Positions 20,433 through 30,973 of a stretch of 64,000 nucleotides of DNA are shown piece after piece. Location: contig CAWBWI010000001.1 of NCBI GenBank assembly GCA_963792585.1, positions 1,376,001-1,440,000 on the forward strand. Reading direction: 5' to 3'. The DNA is from Candidatus Eiseniibacteriota bacterium (GTDB lineage: Bacteria; Eisenbacteria; RBG-16-71-46; CAIMUX01; VGJL01). How positions within the stretch are numbered: the stretch's first letter is position 1; each line of letters opens with the position of its first letter. The notes under the pieces are model-generated. The model saw only the letters and a list, made by a program, of their open reading frames with translations. It did not search any database and had not been told where the DNA came from. Both the position numbers and the translations under genes were made by a program.

Positions 20433-21393
20433 CCCCGGCCTCCCTCGTGGGCCGGCAGAAGGCCCGCCCCGTCCGTCTTCCCACCGCGCACGAGGAAGAG
20501 CACCGCCATCCGCACGGCGACCCCGTTGGTCACCTGGTCCAGGATCACCGACTCGCGGCCGTCGGCGACATCGGAGCCGATTTCCACGCCCCTGTTCATC
20601 GGACCGGGGTGCATGACGCGGACCCCCGGCGCGCAGAGCGCGAGGCGCTCCCGGGTGATTCCCCAGACCCGCGCGTACTCACGCAACGAGGGGAGGAAGC
20701 CCCCTTGCATTCGCTCGAGTTGCAGGCGCAGGACGTAGACGATATCCGCCCCGTCGAGACCCTCCTCGATCTTCGTCACCACGCGTACGCCGGTCCGCTC
20801 GATCTCCGCCGGCATCAGGGTGCTCGGTCCGACCAGCGTGACGTGGGCGCCGACGGTCTTCAGACCCCAGATGTCCGAGCGCGCCACGCGGCTGTGCGCG
20901 ATGTCGCCCACGATGGTCACCCGCAGACCCTCGAGGCGTCCGGTCACCTCGCGCATCGTGTAGAGGTCGAGCAGGCCCTGGGTCGGGTGTTCGTGTTGCC
21001 CGTCCCCCGCGTTGATGACGTGCCCGTCGATGTTGCGCGCGAGAAAGATCGGGGCGCCGGAGGAGCCGTGGCGCATGACGACGAGATCGACGCGCATCGC
21101 CTCGATGTTGCGAACGGTATCGGTGAGGGTCTCCCCCTTCGAGACCGAACTGCCTGCCGAGGCGAAGTTGATCGAGTCGGCCGACAGACGCTTCTCGGCG
21201 AGTTCGAAGGACAGCCGGGTTCTCGTGGAGGCCTCGAAGAAGGCGTTGCAGGTCGTCACGCCCTGGAGGGCGGGAACCCGCTTGATCGGGCGGTCGAGGA
21301 CCTCGCGGAACGTCGCGGCCGTATCGAGAATGTCCAAGACCTCCTCGCGACGTAGATCCTCCAGGCCCAGGAGGTGTTTGCGCGTGAAACCCA

Positions 21394-21394
<1 letters not shown>
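20429..21394 (-). CDS. pyrB: Aspartate carbamoyltransferase catalytic subunit
   Basis: FFEASTRTRLSF, NAGDGQHEHPTQ, GDIAHSRVARS, RLQLER, MHPGP. Confidence 0.97.
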
Positions 21395-21963
<569 letters not shown>

Positions 21964-21976
21964 CTAACGCTCACAG

Positions 21977-22004
21977 AAAAGCCTTCCGTCCGGTTGCGGA
22001 AGGC
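21977..22004 (-). terminator. Terminator/attenuator-like hairpin in the pyrR leader
   Basis: Minus strand GCCTTCCG-N8-CGGAAGGC followed by TTTT, about 30 nt upstream of the pyrR ATG. Confidence 0.6.
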
Positions 22005-22184
22005 CGCCGTCCCCGTCGGCGGGTTCGGGGCGCGTGCGTTCGATTCCCTGGGCATATGCGGGAGTTCGACTACCTCCTGAAGCGTCTGCTGGTGTCGGAG
22101 GACGATCGGAGAGTAATCTACCACGTTCGTCTGCGGGCGCCCAACCAGGAATCACGAATCCCGTCGAACGGGCAGGAGGTTTCC

Positions 22185-22829
22185 ATGCGGAATCGATCGA
22201 TTGCCCGGGCCGCGCTTCTCGGGCTCTTTCTGGCCGCGGCCGGGTCGCCCGCGCGGGCCGCCGAGACGCAACCCGGCGGGAGCAGTGGGGGCGCTCCGGG
22301 CGGCGCTCCGGTGGCGGAGTTGAGCCGGACGGATGACGGACTGCTGGCCGCCGGCCAGTCCGCCCCGGACTTCGCCCTGGCCGACGCGACCGGGCGTCCC
22401 GTCCGTCTGAAGGACCTGCGGGGCACTCCGGTGGTCCTCTACTTCTACCCGATGGACGACACGCCCGGCTGCACGAAGGAGGCTTGCGCATTCCGGGACG
22501 ACGCGGCCCGTTACGACTCCCTGGGAGTCCGCGTGATCGGGGTCTCCACGGACGATCCGGCATCCCACCGAGCGTTCGCGACGAAGCACAAGCTCCCCTT
22601 CACCCTCCTCGCGGATACCACCGGCGCGGTCGTCCGGCTCTACGGGACCGGAGTCGAGATCGAGCAGGCGGGAACGAAACGATGGATCGCAAACCGGGTC
22701 ACGTATCTCATCGACGCGGGTGGCGCGATCCGGCAAGTCTGGCCCAGGGTCAATCCGGTCGGCCACAGCACGGAGATTCTCGCGGCATGGGCGAAGCTCC
22801 CGCCGACGACCGTCAAGGGGCGCGATTAG
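22185..22829 (+). CDS. bcp: Peroxiredoxin (BCP/PrxQ family) with a predicted signal peptide
   Basis: RBS CAGGAGGT then MRNRSIARAALLGLFLAAAGSPARA. Motifs APDF, VLYFYPMDDTPGCTKEAC, GVSTD, RVTYLID. Confidence 0.88.
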   Translation: MRNRSIARAALLGLFLAAAGSPARAAETQPGGSSGGAPGGAPVAELSRTDDGLLAAGQSAPDFALADATGRPVRLKDLRGTPVVLYFYPMDDTPGCTKEACAFRDDAARYDSLGVRVIGVSTDDPASHRAFATKHKLPFTLLADTTGAVVRLYGTGVEIEQAGTKRWIANRVTYLIDAGGAIRQVWPRVNPVGHSTEILAAWAKLPPTTVKGRD

Positions 22830-23610
22830 ACAGATCCGGCGCCGGCTCGTCCGCCCGGAGCTTCCCAGCCTCCGCGAGCAAGCGCAGGGAGCGCAGGCCC
22901 CGATAGCGGTCGATGTGGTAGGCGAGAAAGGCCTCGGCGATCTGCTCGAGTTCGCGGCAGGCGTCGGGGCCCGGGCTCCGGGGTAGGCTGCCCCCGCGGA
23001 GGCTCCGCAGCAGCCCAATCGTCTCCTCGCCGACCGGCATGGCCCCCGGCACCCGATCGGCACAGGAAGCGCAGAGCAATCCCCCCTCCGCAGGCCCGAA
23101 GGAGCGACCCTCGGGGCGCCCGCAGATCGAGCATCCCTCGATGCGCGGCGTATACCCCAACCAGCCCGCCACCCGGAGCTGGAATGCGCGCAGGATGTAC
23201 CCCAGACGCCCGGCGGGGGCGTCCTCCATCAGCGCCAAGGCACGTAGGGTCAGCCCGTAGATGTCCGGAACCGGCTCCACTTCCTCCAGGACGCGTTCGA
23301 GGAACTCCAGGGCGGCGCATCCGTGGTGATAGCGATCCGCCGACCGGAGGAGTTCTCGGTGCTCTCGCTCCAGGAATCCCTCCGAGATCATCTGCAGATC
23401 GCGCCCCGGGCGGTAGTAGACGATCATGGAGGAGACGCTCAGAATCTCCAGGGAAGCGCCGAAGCGGCTCTTCGGCTCTCGAACCCCCTTGGCCACCGCG
23501 CTGAACTTCCCGACCTCGCGTGAGAGAACGGTCACGACCCGACTCGTGTCCCCCAGGCGTAGATTGCGGAGGATCAGCCCTTCGAGGCTCAGGAGGGCCA
23601 CGAGTCCCAT
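22813..23610 (-). CDS. recO: DNA repair protein RecO
   Basis: GKFSAVAKGVR..KSRF OB-fold and a CSIC...GGLLCASC zinc finger. Confidence 0.9.
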   Translation of the reverse strand: MGLVALLSLEGLILRNLRLGDTSRVVTVLSREVGKFSAVAKGVREPKSRFGASLEILSVSSMIVYYRPGRDLQMISEGFLEREHRELLRSADRYHHGCAALEFLERVLEEVEPVPDIYGLTLRALALMEDAPAGRLGYILRAFQLRVAGWLGYTPRIEGCSICGRPEGRSFGPAEGGLLCASCADRVPGAMPVGEETIGLLRSLRGGSLPRSPGPDACRELEQIAEAFLAYHIDRYRGLRSLRLLAEAGKLRADEPAPDLSNRAP

Positions 23611-23692
23611 TTCCGGGGAGCGCGGGCGGCGCCAAAGCGTGTAGGCTTCATGGGACTAGGATACACCCGGCCGCACGGAGGAGGAGGGAGCG

Positions 23693-24775
23693 ATGATCGT
23701 AGTCCTTCGCAAGGGACACTCGGCGCAAGAGCTTGCCGAGGTCGTGCAGAGGATTGAGTCGCAGGGTTGCCGCCCCAACGTCAGTGTGGGGACGGAGGAG
23801 ACGATCATCGGCGTCGTCGGCGACACGAAACGCGTCGACGAGGGCCTCTTCACCGAGTTGCCTTGGGTCGAGCGGGCCGTACGCGTCTCGCGCCCGTACA
23901 AGCTCGTCGGCCGCGAGCACCAGCCGGCGCCGAAGAAGATCCGCGTCGGCGACCATGTCCTCGGCGATGGCGGCGTGGTGATCATGGCCGGTCCGTGCTC
24001 GGTCGAAGGGATGGACGCGCTCGTCCCCCTCGCCGAACAGTGCAAGGCAGCGGGAGCGCAGATGCTCCGTGGGGGCGCCTACAAGCCGCGCACCTCCCCC
24101 TACGCGTTCCAGGGCCTCGGCCTCGAGGGAATCCGCTGCCTCGTCGAGGCGCGACGGCGGACCGGGTTGCCGATCGTCACCGAGGCGACAGGCAATCACC
24201 ACCACCTCGGCCCCGACGGATCGCCCGAGAAACGGACCGTGCTCGAGGAGGTCGTCGCGAACGCGGATATCCTGCAGATCGGCACACGAAACATGAAGTC
24301 GTACGGCTTCCTCGAAGAGGTCGCGCGCATGACCGGAGAACGCAAGGTGCCCGTGCTCCTGAAGCGGGGCGAATCGGCCACCCTTGAAGAATTCCTCCTC
24401 GCGGCCGAGTACCTCGTCCTGAACGGCAATCCCGATGTGATCCTCTGTCTGCGCGGCCTGCGGGCCTTCGAATCGACGCGATTCCTTCGCTACCAGCCCG
24501 ACATCGGCGCGATTCCCGTCTTGAAGCACGAATCGAATCTGCCGATCGTCTTCGATCCTTCGCACGCGACCGGAGACCGACGGTACGTGCGGGCCGTCGC
24601 GCTCGCAGCGGTCGCCGCCGGGGCCGACGGGTTGCTCATCGAGACCCACCAGGACCCGGAGCATGCCTGGAGCGACGGCCAAGAGTGCATCACCCCGGCC
24701 GCTCTCGCGCGACTCGTGGAGGACGTTCGGGCAATGGAGGCCGTGCGGGCCCGCGAGGTCGTCTACCCGACCTAG
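23693..24775 (+). CDS. aroF: 3-deoxy-7-phosphoheptulonate (DAHP) synthase, type I-beta, with ferredoxin-like N-terminus
   Basis: IIGVVGD, MAGPCSVE, RGGAYKPRTSPY.FQG, QIGTRNM, LLKRG, DPSHATG, SDGQE. Confidence 0.9.
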   Translation: MIVVLRKGHSAQELAEVVQRIESQGCRPNVSVGTEETIIGVVGDTKRVDEGLFTELPWVERAVRVSRPYKLVGREHQPAPKKIRVGDHVLGDGGVVIMAGPCSVEGMDALVPLAEQCKAAGAQMLRGGAYKPRTSPYAFQGLGLEGIRCLVEARRRTGLPIVTEATGNHHHLGPDGSPEKRTVLEEVVANADILQIGTRNMKSYGFLEEVARMTGERKVPVLLKRGESATLEEFLLAAEYLVLNGNPDVILCLRGLRAFESTRFLRYQPDIGAIPVLKHESNLPIVFDPSHATGDRRYVRAVALAAVAAGADGLLIETHQDPEHAWSDGQECITPAALARLVEDVRAMEAVRAREVVYPT

Positions 24776-24781
24776 GGTCGA

Positions 24782-26251
24782 TCAGTCATCCCAGCGCGCG
24801 ATGCCGGCCGCGGGGCGGTTGCCCACGGCATTGAACGTCCCGCCCAGATAGAGGCTGCCGCCGTAATCCGCCAGGGCGATTCCCGCGCGGTACCCCTGTC
24901 CGACGATTCCGATCCCGAGAGGTTGGAATACCGTTCCATCCCATGCCGCGATGTGGTTGGTGACGATCCCGCCGACGGTCTGGAAGCGCCCGGTGATGTA
25001 GAGCTTCCCTTCGTGCACGGTCATCGCACGAACCCCCGGATCGGTGAACGTCCCGCCGCTGATCTCGTCGAAGCTGTTCCAGGAGGCACCGTCCCAGCGG
25101 GCCAGATAGACGGCGGGGGCGCCGCCGAGAGAGTGGAACGTCCCCCCCGCATGCAGGACCCCTTCATACTCCGTCAGGGAGAGGACTCCCGCGAGGGCCT
25201 GCGCCGGTTCTTCCGTTCCGAATCCCATCGATTGCCAGCGCGTCCCATCCCATGAGGCGACATAGACCGCCGAATCGCCACCGGCGTGCTTGAAATAACC
25301 GCCCGCGATCAACTTCCCGTCATGGACGGCCAGCGCGTTGACCCAGTCGTCCATCCCCGCTCCAAGGGGCGTGAAGCCGTTGCCGTCGAAGCGGACGACG
25401 TAGTTCACCGTGTCTTCACCCGCCCGCCGGAATCCCCCCCCGATGATCAGATCGCCGTCGTAGACGGCGAGGGCGGCGACGGTGCCGTCGAGTTCGGTGC
25501 GCAACGCATCCCAGCGCGAACCGTCCCAGAAGGCGAGGTACATCGCCCGACTCCCCCCCGCGAGAGTGAAGGCGCCTCCGGCCGCGAGGCGATCGTCGTA
25601 TTCGGTCAGGGCGACCACGAAGCCGTTCGTTCCGCCGCCGAGCGCGGTCCATGAACTGCCACTCCAGGCCGCGATGTTCCCCGCCTGCACGCCGCCGGCG
25701 CGCGAGAATCCACCCCCGGCGATCAGTTGCCCTCCGAAGGGGGCGAACGCATAGACCGACCCATCCGTCCCCTGCCCGGCAGGGTAGGGCGCGAAGCCGG
25801 GCCACCAGGCGAGATCGGCGTCGCTCGCGAGCGTCGTCGCAATGGCGACATTCGACTCCGTAGAGGCGTTGTCCTTCTCATCGGCGACTTTGAGGAGGAA
25901 TCGGTAGGTGATGTTCGGCGCGAGCCCCGTCACCGTGAAGGTATCGAGCTGTCCGGCCTCTCTCGGGGACGGCTCCCCCGACGCGCGGGTCGACGCATCC
26001 CAGCGCGGGGTGGACGAGGTCGTGTACCGGACGTCGTAGACGGCTGCGGTGCCCGTGAGACTGTCATCGCCGACGGCCGTCCAGTTGAGGAGGACCGTCG
26101 TCGCTCCGGTGGTACGGGCCGCGAGGTCGATGATCGGTGCGGGGCGCGCGGAATCTTCCGTGCCGCTCGGGTTGTCATCCCCACAGCCGGTCACGATGAG
26201 CAGTCCGATCCCGACCGCGATGACGGCAATGCGAAGCACCAAACGGGCCAT
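24782..26251 (-). CDS. Lipoprotein with an FN3 domain and about 7 beta-propeller repeats
   Basis: Lipobox LLIVTG-C. FN3 (LNWTAVGDD...YDVRY...GLAPNITYRF). Repeats of V.AL..Y.G.L..GG.F..AGG.....IA.WDG..W. Confidence 0.8.
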   Translation of the reverse strand: MARLVLRIAVIAVGIGLLIVTGCGDDNPSGTEDSARPAPIIDLAARTTGATTVLLNWTAVGDDSLTGTAAVYDVRYTTSSTPRWDASTRASGEPSPREAGQLDTFTVTGLAPNITYRFLLKVADEKDNASTESNVAIATTLASDADLAWWPGFAPYPAGQGTDGSVYAFAPFGGQLIAGGGFSRAGGVQAGNIAAWSGSSWTALGGGTNGFVVALTEYDDRLAAGGAFTLAGGSRAMYLAFWDGSRWDALRTELDGTVAALAVYDGDLIIGGGFRRAGEDTVNYVVRFDGNGFTPLGAGMDDWVNALAVHDGKLIAGGYFKHAGGDSAVYVASWDGTRWQSMGFGTEEPAQALAGVLSLTEYEGVLHAGGTFHSLGGAPAVYLARWDGASWNSFDEISGGTFTDPGVRAMTVHEGKLYITGRFQTVGGIVTNHIAAWDGTVFQPLGIGIVGQGYRAGIALADYGGSLYLGGTFNAVGNRPAAGIARWDD

Positions 26252-26340
26252 CGAAGATCCCCTTTCCGTTCCACCCCGGCGTGCGTCTCCCCCGATTCAA
26301 GCACCCCGAGTGTCGAGGGGAAAGGAGGACTTGGACCGTC

Positions 26341-29300
26341 TCAGCGATTCCGTGTGATCTTCTCGAAGCGGGTGCAGCCGGCCGCCTCGAGACGAATCAC
26401 ATAGGTGCCCGATGGTAGAAGGGCACCGCCGCTCCGGCCGTCCCAATCGACATGCTGGCGTCCCGCGGGCCGGAGCCCGTCGACCAGAACCGCGATGCGG
26501 CGGCCGGCGAGATCGTGCACCGTGAGGCGGACCCCACCGGGCTCGCGGAGCGTGTAGTCCAGCTGCACACGCTCCGTGAACGGATTCGGCATCGCGGGTC
26601 TCAGTTCAACGGCTCCCCCCGCCGCCTCCGTCTCGACGACCTCCGCGCTCGCAGCGACTCGCGTGCGAAGATCGATCTCGCTCGGGCTGTTTCCCTGCGG
26701 CGAGAACCATGGCGTGCGAGGAAAGAAGGGCGATTCCGCTGCGATCCGTGCCCGCCACCGGTACGGCGTTCCCGGACTGAGGTCGGGTGGAATGAGCTCG
26801 TCGAGCATGACGACGCTGCCGATTCCGTCCGCAGGTGTTTCCGTTTGCCATGTGGACCCGCTGCGGATGGAACTCCCGTCGAAGGCAACGCCGAGGGGCT
26901 TAACTTCGTACTCCAGCCGCACGCGGCCCCGGCCGCACGCGGCGCGGCCGAGGGCCTTCAGTCGGAACGAGTACGGATTGTCCGAGAGTCCACGGAGAGC
27001 GATCGGCGAGACTCCGCCCACGGTCCAGGCGCTCGGCGTTCGCGGGAGTCCGCCGCCCCCGTTCCCGAGGTAGACGTAGGCTTTGCCGTCTCCCGGCGGG
27101 TACTGATCCGCCCAGGGATCGCCGACCGCCACATCACTGAAGCCGTCGCCATTGACGTCGCCTGCATTCGCGACGACATGCCCGAACAGACCGTGGACCG
27201 AGCTGTACCCATTCCAGAACGGTTCTTCACCGGGTCCGCTCGGGGATCCAAGGTAGACATAGGCCTGCCCGCGGCCACCGCCGCCGGACTGCCATGGATC
27301 GCCGATCGCGACGTCACCGAACCCGTCGCCGTTGACATCTCCGGCCGCGGCCACGTTCGTGTCGAAGACCCATCCCACCTGCGACGGCCTCGTCTCGGTT
27401 ACCCAACATGGATCCAGGCTCAGACCGGAGGCCGATCCACCAAACAGATAGACCCATCCATAGCTCGGGGCGGTCACGAGGACATCGCTATAGCCGTCGG
27501 CGTTCACGTCGCCGGCGGTTGCCACGGTATTGCCGAAGAGCGCTCCGGCAACCTCTCCGAATACGGTCCAGGCTGGAGCCTGCGCGAGGCCGAGGGGTCC
27601 GCCTTGAAAGACGTAGGCCGCGCCGTCGTCTCCCCCCGGCAAGTGGTCCGTGCGATGCGCGCCAATGATTACATCGCTGTACCCGTCCCCATTCACGTCC
27701 CCCGCCGAGGCGACGGACCAGCCCAGTTCGGCGCCCGCCTGGCCGCCGTCGGTCGTCCACGACGCCTGAGGCGAAGGGCCAGATGGAGAGCCAAGGTAGA
27801 CGAAGGCCTTTCCCTCATCTTCCTCAGGGTTGTCGTCTCCCATGGACCCGACGATGATGTCGCCATAGCCGTCACCATTGACATCTCCCGCGCCGGCGAC
27901 GGAGTAGCCAAAATGGTCGTTCTGGGCTCTCCCGCCCGTGGCGGTCCAAGCCGGCTGGGTTGACGGGCCGGTCGCAGAGCCCAAGAAGACGTAAGCGCGA
28001 CCATGGCCCCCCCCGTCGAGGTAGTAGGCACCGATGATGATGTCATCGTAGCCGTCCCCATTGACATCGCCGGCGCTCGCGATGGAGTGACCAAAATAGG
28101 CATAGCTGAGGGCGCCTACCTTGTCCCACGCGGCGGTCGACCCGAGACCCGATGAAGATCCGAGGTAGAGCCAAACCCGGCCGATCAGCACCTCGGCTCC
28201 GTTGTAGTACGGGCATGAGACCAGGAGATCGCTGTAGCCGTCGCCATTGACATCGCCTGCGGAGGCCATCGAGTACCCGAGGAATCCTCCCGTAAAATCT
28301 GTGTCCATGGTCCAACTCGGATCCGGGGTGGCCGGTCCCGCGGAGCCCGTGTAGGCGAAGGCACCGCCCTCCTCGCCCCGGCCGCTGTGTCGTTTCCACG
28401 CTCCGACGACGGCATCGCCGAATCCGTCGCCGTTGACATCGCCCGCCGAGCCCACGCAGTTGCCGAACGCCGACGGGTCCGGGTCGCCAAAAGCGGTCCA
28501 AGCGTGGGCAGCGCCGAGTCCCAGCGCGGAGCCGAGATAGACGAAGGCCGCGCCGGTTGCGATTCCACCGCTCTGCTCGAATGGAGCGCCGACGATCAAG
28601 TCGGCGAACCCGTCTCCGTTGACATCGCCTGCGGTCGAAACGGACGAGCCCATTCTCGCGCCGGCGACATCGCCGGGCACCATCCAGGCCGCGGTCGATC
28701 CCAGTCCCTCAGTCGAACCCAGGAATGCGTAGACCGCGCCGACGTCGATGGCCCCGACGTCGGTTGCCGGAGCGCCGATCGCGACGTCCGCATAGCCGTC
28801 ACCGTTCAGATCGCCCGCGCCGGAAACCGAAGCGCCGAACGCGTCGGCGGTTTGTACTCCATGCGAAATCCAGGATGCGGTCGTGGAGGGGCCGGAGGGT
28901 CCTCCGAAGTAGAGGCTCACTCTCCCCGGTAGCAACGGCGGTAGCCCGGAACCCGGAGCGCCCACGAGGAGGTCGGCGTATCCGTCCCCATTGACGTCGC
29001 CCGCTCCCGCGACCGAGGCGCCGTGGCCGGCCCTGGCCCGATTCCCGTCACTCGTCCAGGATGGCGACTCGGCAAGACCTGTCGCCCGCCCAAGGAAGAG
29101 GAAGGCGCGCCCGTCATCGGCCTCTCCCGCGTCGTAGCCGTCGGCGCCGACGATGAGATCGTCGAAGCCGTCGCCATTGACGTCGCCCGCCCCCGCGACG
29201 GATGCGCCGCACCGGGCCGCCGCCTGGCGTCCACGGAATCTCCACGACGGCGTCGTGCCCAGGCCGCTCGGAGAGCCGAGGAAGAGAAGGACGCACCCCT

Positions 29301-29709
29301 CGTCCTCCGCCCCTTCATGGAATCCAGGGGCGCCGATCACGACATCGTCGTGCCCGTCTCCGTTGATATCCCCCGCCGCGGCCACGGAGAAGCCAAGGTG
29401 CGCCCCGGCCACGCCGCCGGCAACCATCCAAGCCGGTTCGTCGGCCACCCCTTCCACAGACCCGAGGAAGACGAAGGCGCGCCCCTCCTCGCCCGCACCA
29501 CCCTTCCATTCCCCCACGATCAGGTCGCTGAACCCGTCGCCATCGACGTCGCCCGCTGTGGCAACCGAGACGCCGAAGTTGCCTCCAAACGTGTCTCCCT
29601 CGACGGCCCACACGGGTGAGTCGGTCAGTGGGGCGCAGTAAGAGGCGGGAGCGTGGAACGATCCAATCGCTGCAAGAAAGAGCGGTAAGGAAAGCAGAGT
29701 GTGGCGCAT
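26341..29709 (-). CDS. Secreted FG-GAP (integrin-alpha-like) repeat protein with a FlgD-Ig/T9SS-type C-terminal domain
   Basis: Signal peptide, 14 AGD[VIL][ND][GA]DGxxD repeats, C-terminal PNPF...DLAGRRI...WDGR...LPSGTYVIRL...EKI. Confidence 0.88.
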   Translation of the reverse strand: MRHTLLSLPLFLAAIGSFHAPASYCAPLTDSPVWAVEGDTFGGNFGVSVATAGDVDGDGFSDLIVGEWKGGAGEEGRAFVFLGSVEGVADEPAWMVAGGVAGAHLGFSVAAAGDINGDGHDDVVIGAPGFHEGAEDEGCVLLFLGSPSGLGTTPSWRFRGRQAAARCGASVAGAGDVNGDGFDDLIVGADGYDAGEADDGRAFLFLGRATGLAESPSWTSDGNRARAGHGASVAGAGDVNGDGYADLLVGAPGSGLPPLLPGRVSLYFGGPSGPSTTASWISHGVQTADAFGASVSGAGDLNGDGYADVAIGAPATDVGAIDVGAVYAFLGSTEGLGSTAAWMVPGDVAGARMGSSVSTAGDVNGDGFADLIVGAPFEQSGGIATGAAFVYLGSALGLGAAHAWTAFGDPDPSAFGNCVGSAGDVNGDGFGDAVVGAWKRHSGRGEEGGAFAYTGSAGPATPDPSWTMDTDFTGGFLGYSMASAGDVNGDGYSDLLVSCPYYNGAEVLIGRVWLYLGSSSGLGSTAAWDKVGALSYAYFGHSIASAGDVNGDGYDDIIIGAYYLDGGGHGRAYVFLGSATGPSTQPAWTATGGRAQNDHFGYSVAGAGDVNGDGYGDIIVGSMGDDNPEEDEGKAFVYLGSPSGPSPQASWTTDGGQAGAELGWSVASAGDVNGDGYSDVIIGAHRTDHLPGGDDGAAYVFQGGPLGLAQAPAWTVFGEVAGALFGNTVATAGDVNADGYSDVLVTAPSYGWVYLFGGSASGLSLDPCWVTETRPSQVGWVFDTNVAAAGDVNGDGFGDVAIGDPWQSGGGGRGQAYVYLGSPSGPGEEPFWNGYSSVHGLFGHVVANAGDVNGDGFSDVAVGDPWADQYPPGDGKAYVYLGNGGGGLPRTPSAWTVGGVSPIALRGLSDNPYSFRLKALGRAACGRGRVRLEYEVKPLGVAFDGSSIRSGSTWQTETPADGIGSVVMLDELIPPDLSPGTPYRWRARIAAESPFFPRTPWFSPQGNSPSEIDLRTRVAASAEVVETEAAGGAVELRPAMPNPFTERVQLDYTLREPGGVRLTVHDLAGRRIAVLVDGLRPAGRQHVDWDGRSGGALLPSGTYVIRLEAAGCTRFEKITRNR

Positions 29710-29762
29710 CACAACCTCCGGCAGTCATCGCGTGCGGTGGAGGATCACCCAAACCCGGATTG

Positions 29763-29791
29763 ATTATACCTCAGTGACGATGGAAACTCAA
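29763..29791 (-). promoter_or_regulatory. Putative sigma70 promoter for the FG-GAP gene
   Basis: Minus strand TTGAGT-N17-TATAAT, with a GGAGG RBS before the start. Confidence 0.7.
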
Positions 29792-29851
29792 CGCGGGCGC
29801 AGCGCAGTGCGGATGCAGCGCAGTGCGGTCGAATTGGCGGTTCCCGTGCGA

Positions 29852-30973
29852 TCAGACGGCGCGACGGCCGTCGGCCTGCGTCGGAACCCGAAAGACGACC
29901 CGCATGGTGCGGATCCGCCGCGCGTCCGTGGTGGCAACCTCGAGCAGGACATCTCCGAGTTCGAGTTCTTCGCCCGGGTGGGGTATGCGGGAGACGTGCT
30001 GAAGAAAGAGACCCGCGACCGTCTCGTAATCACCTTCCGGGAGGGAGATTCCGAAAATGTCCTCGAATTCCTCGAGACGCACGGTTCCGGCGACGAGCCA
30101 TGACCCATCCTCGAGCCGGCGCACGCGCACGGGCACCGACTCGTGCTCGCCCGCGAGCTCGCCGACCAGGATCTCGAGCAGGTCTTCAAGGGTGACGAGC
30201 CCCGCCATGGCGCCGAACTCGTCGGCGACGATGGCGGTGTCGTACCGTTCCCGGCGCATCGACTCGACGAGATCATCGCAACCCATCGTCTCCGGCACGA
30301 TGACTGCGGGTCGAGCGAGCCGCGAGGCCGTGACCCGTTCGTCGGGACACGACAGCAGGTCGACGAGATCGATCATCCCTACGGGCTGCTCGAAATCGCC
30401 CTCGAAGACGGGATAGCGTGAGTGGCTCCGGCGCGCGATCGTCTCCAGGATCTCGGCCTTTCCCGCAACCGCGCGGAGCCAAGTCACCTCGCTGCGCGGG
30501 ATCATCACCTTCTCGACCGTCTTCTTGGTGAGTTCGAGCACGTTCTCGTACGCGCGCACGGGCGGGCTCGCGGGCGGCGGAGGCGACGCGGCGCGAGAGT
30601 GGCGGAATCCCGAGACGGTCCAGTCGATCAGGAGCGCGGCCCCCTCGTAGGGTGCGAGCAGGGGCGCGACGCGATGGGCCGCCCGCGGCCACGCCACGCC
30701 GACCCAGTGCCCGGAGACGCGCGCTGCGACGATGCCTGCGAGCGCGGACGCGAACGCGGCGGTTCCCCCCGCAATTCCGGCGAGGACCGCTCCCGCGCAC
30801 GCGAAGCCCAGGGCGATGTGCAGCACCATGCCGCGATGGATGGCGAGAAGCGAGCGCGCATCGCGCGCCCGGCCGAGCACCCGCGGCAGGCGCGCGGGGA
30901 TGCGCGCGGCCGCCGACGCTGCAAAGAGGAGGAGCAGCGAGAGGATCGAGACGGCGGCAAGCAAGGCCGTCAT
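29852..30973 (-). CDS. Hemolysin/CNNM-type CBS + CorC_HlyC transporter-associated protein
   Basis: Hydrophobic N-terminus, VMIPRSEV, HSRYPV, DEFGAMAGLVTLEDLLE, YETVAG. ATG overlaps the upstream stop. Confidence 0.85.
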   Translation of the reverse strand: MTALLAAVSILSLLLLFAASAAARIPARLPRVLGRARDARSLLAIHRGMVLHIALGFACAGAVLAGIAGGTAAFASALAGIVAARVSGHWVGVAWPRAAHRVAPLLAPYEGAALLIDWTVSGFRHSRAASPPPPASPPVRAYENVLELTKKTVEKVMIPRSEVTWLRAVAGKAEILETIARRSHSRYPVFEGDFEQPVGMIDLVDLLSCPDERVTASRLARPAVIVPETMGCDDLVESMRRERYDTAIVADEFGAMAGLVTLEDLLEILVGELAGEHESVPVRVRRLEDGSWLVAGTVRLEEFEDIFGISLPEGDYETVAGLFLQHVSRIPHPGEELELGDVLLEVATTDARRIRTMRVVFRVPTQADGRRAV

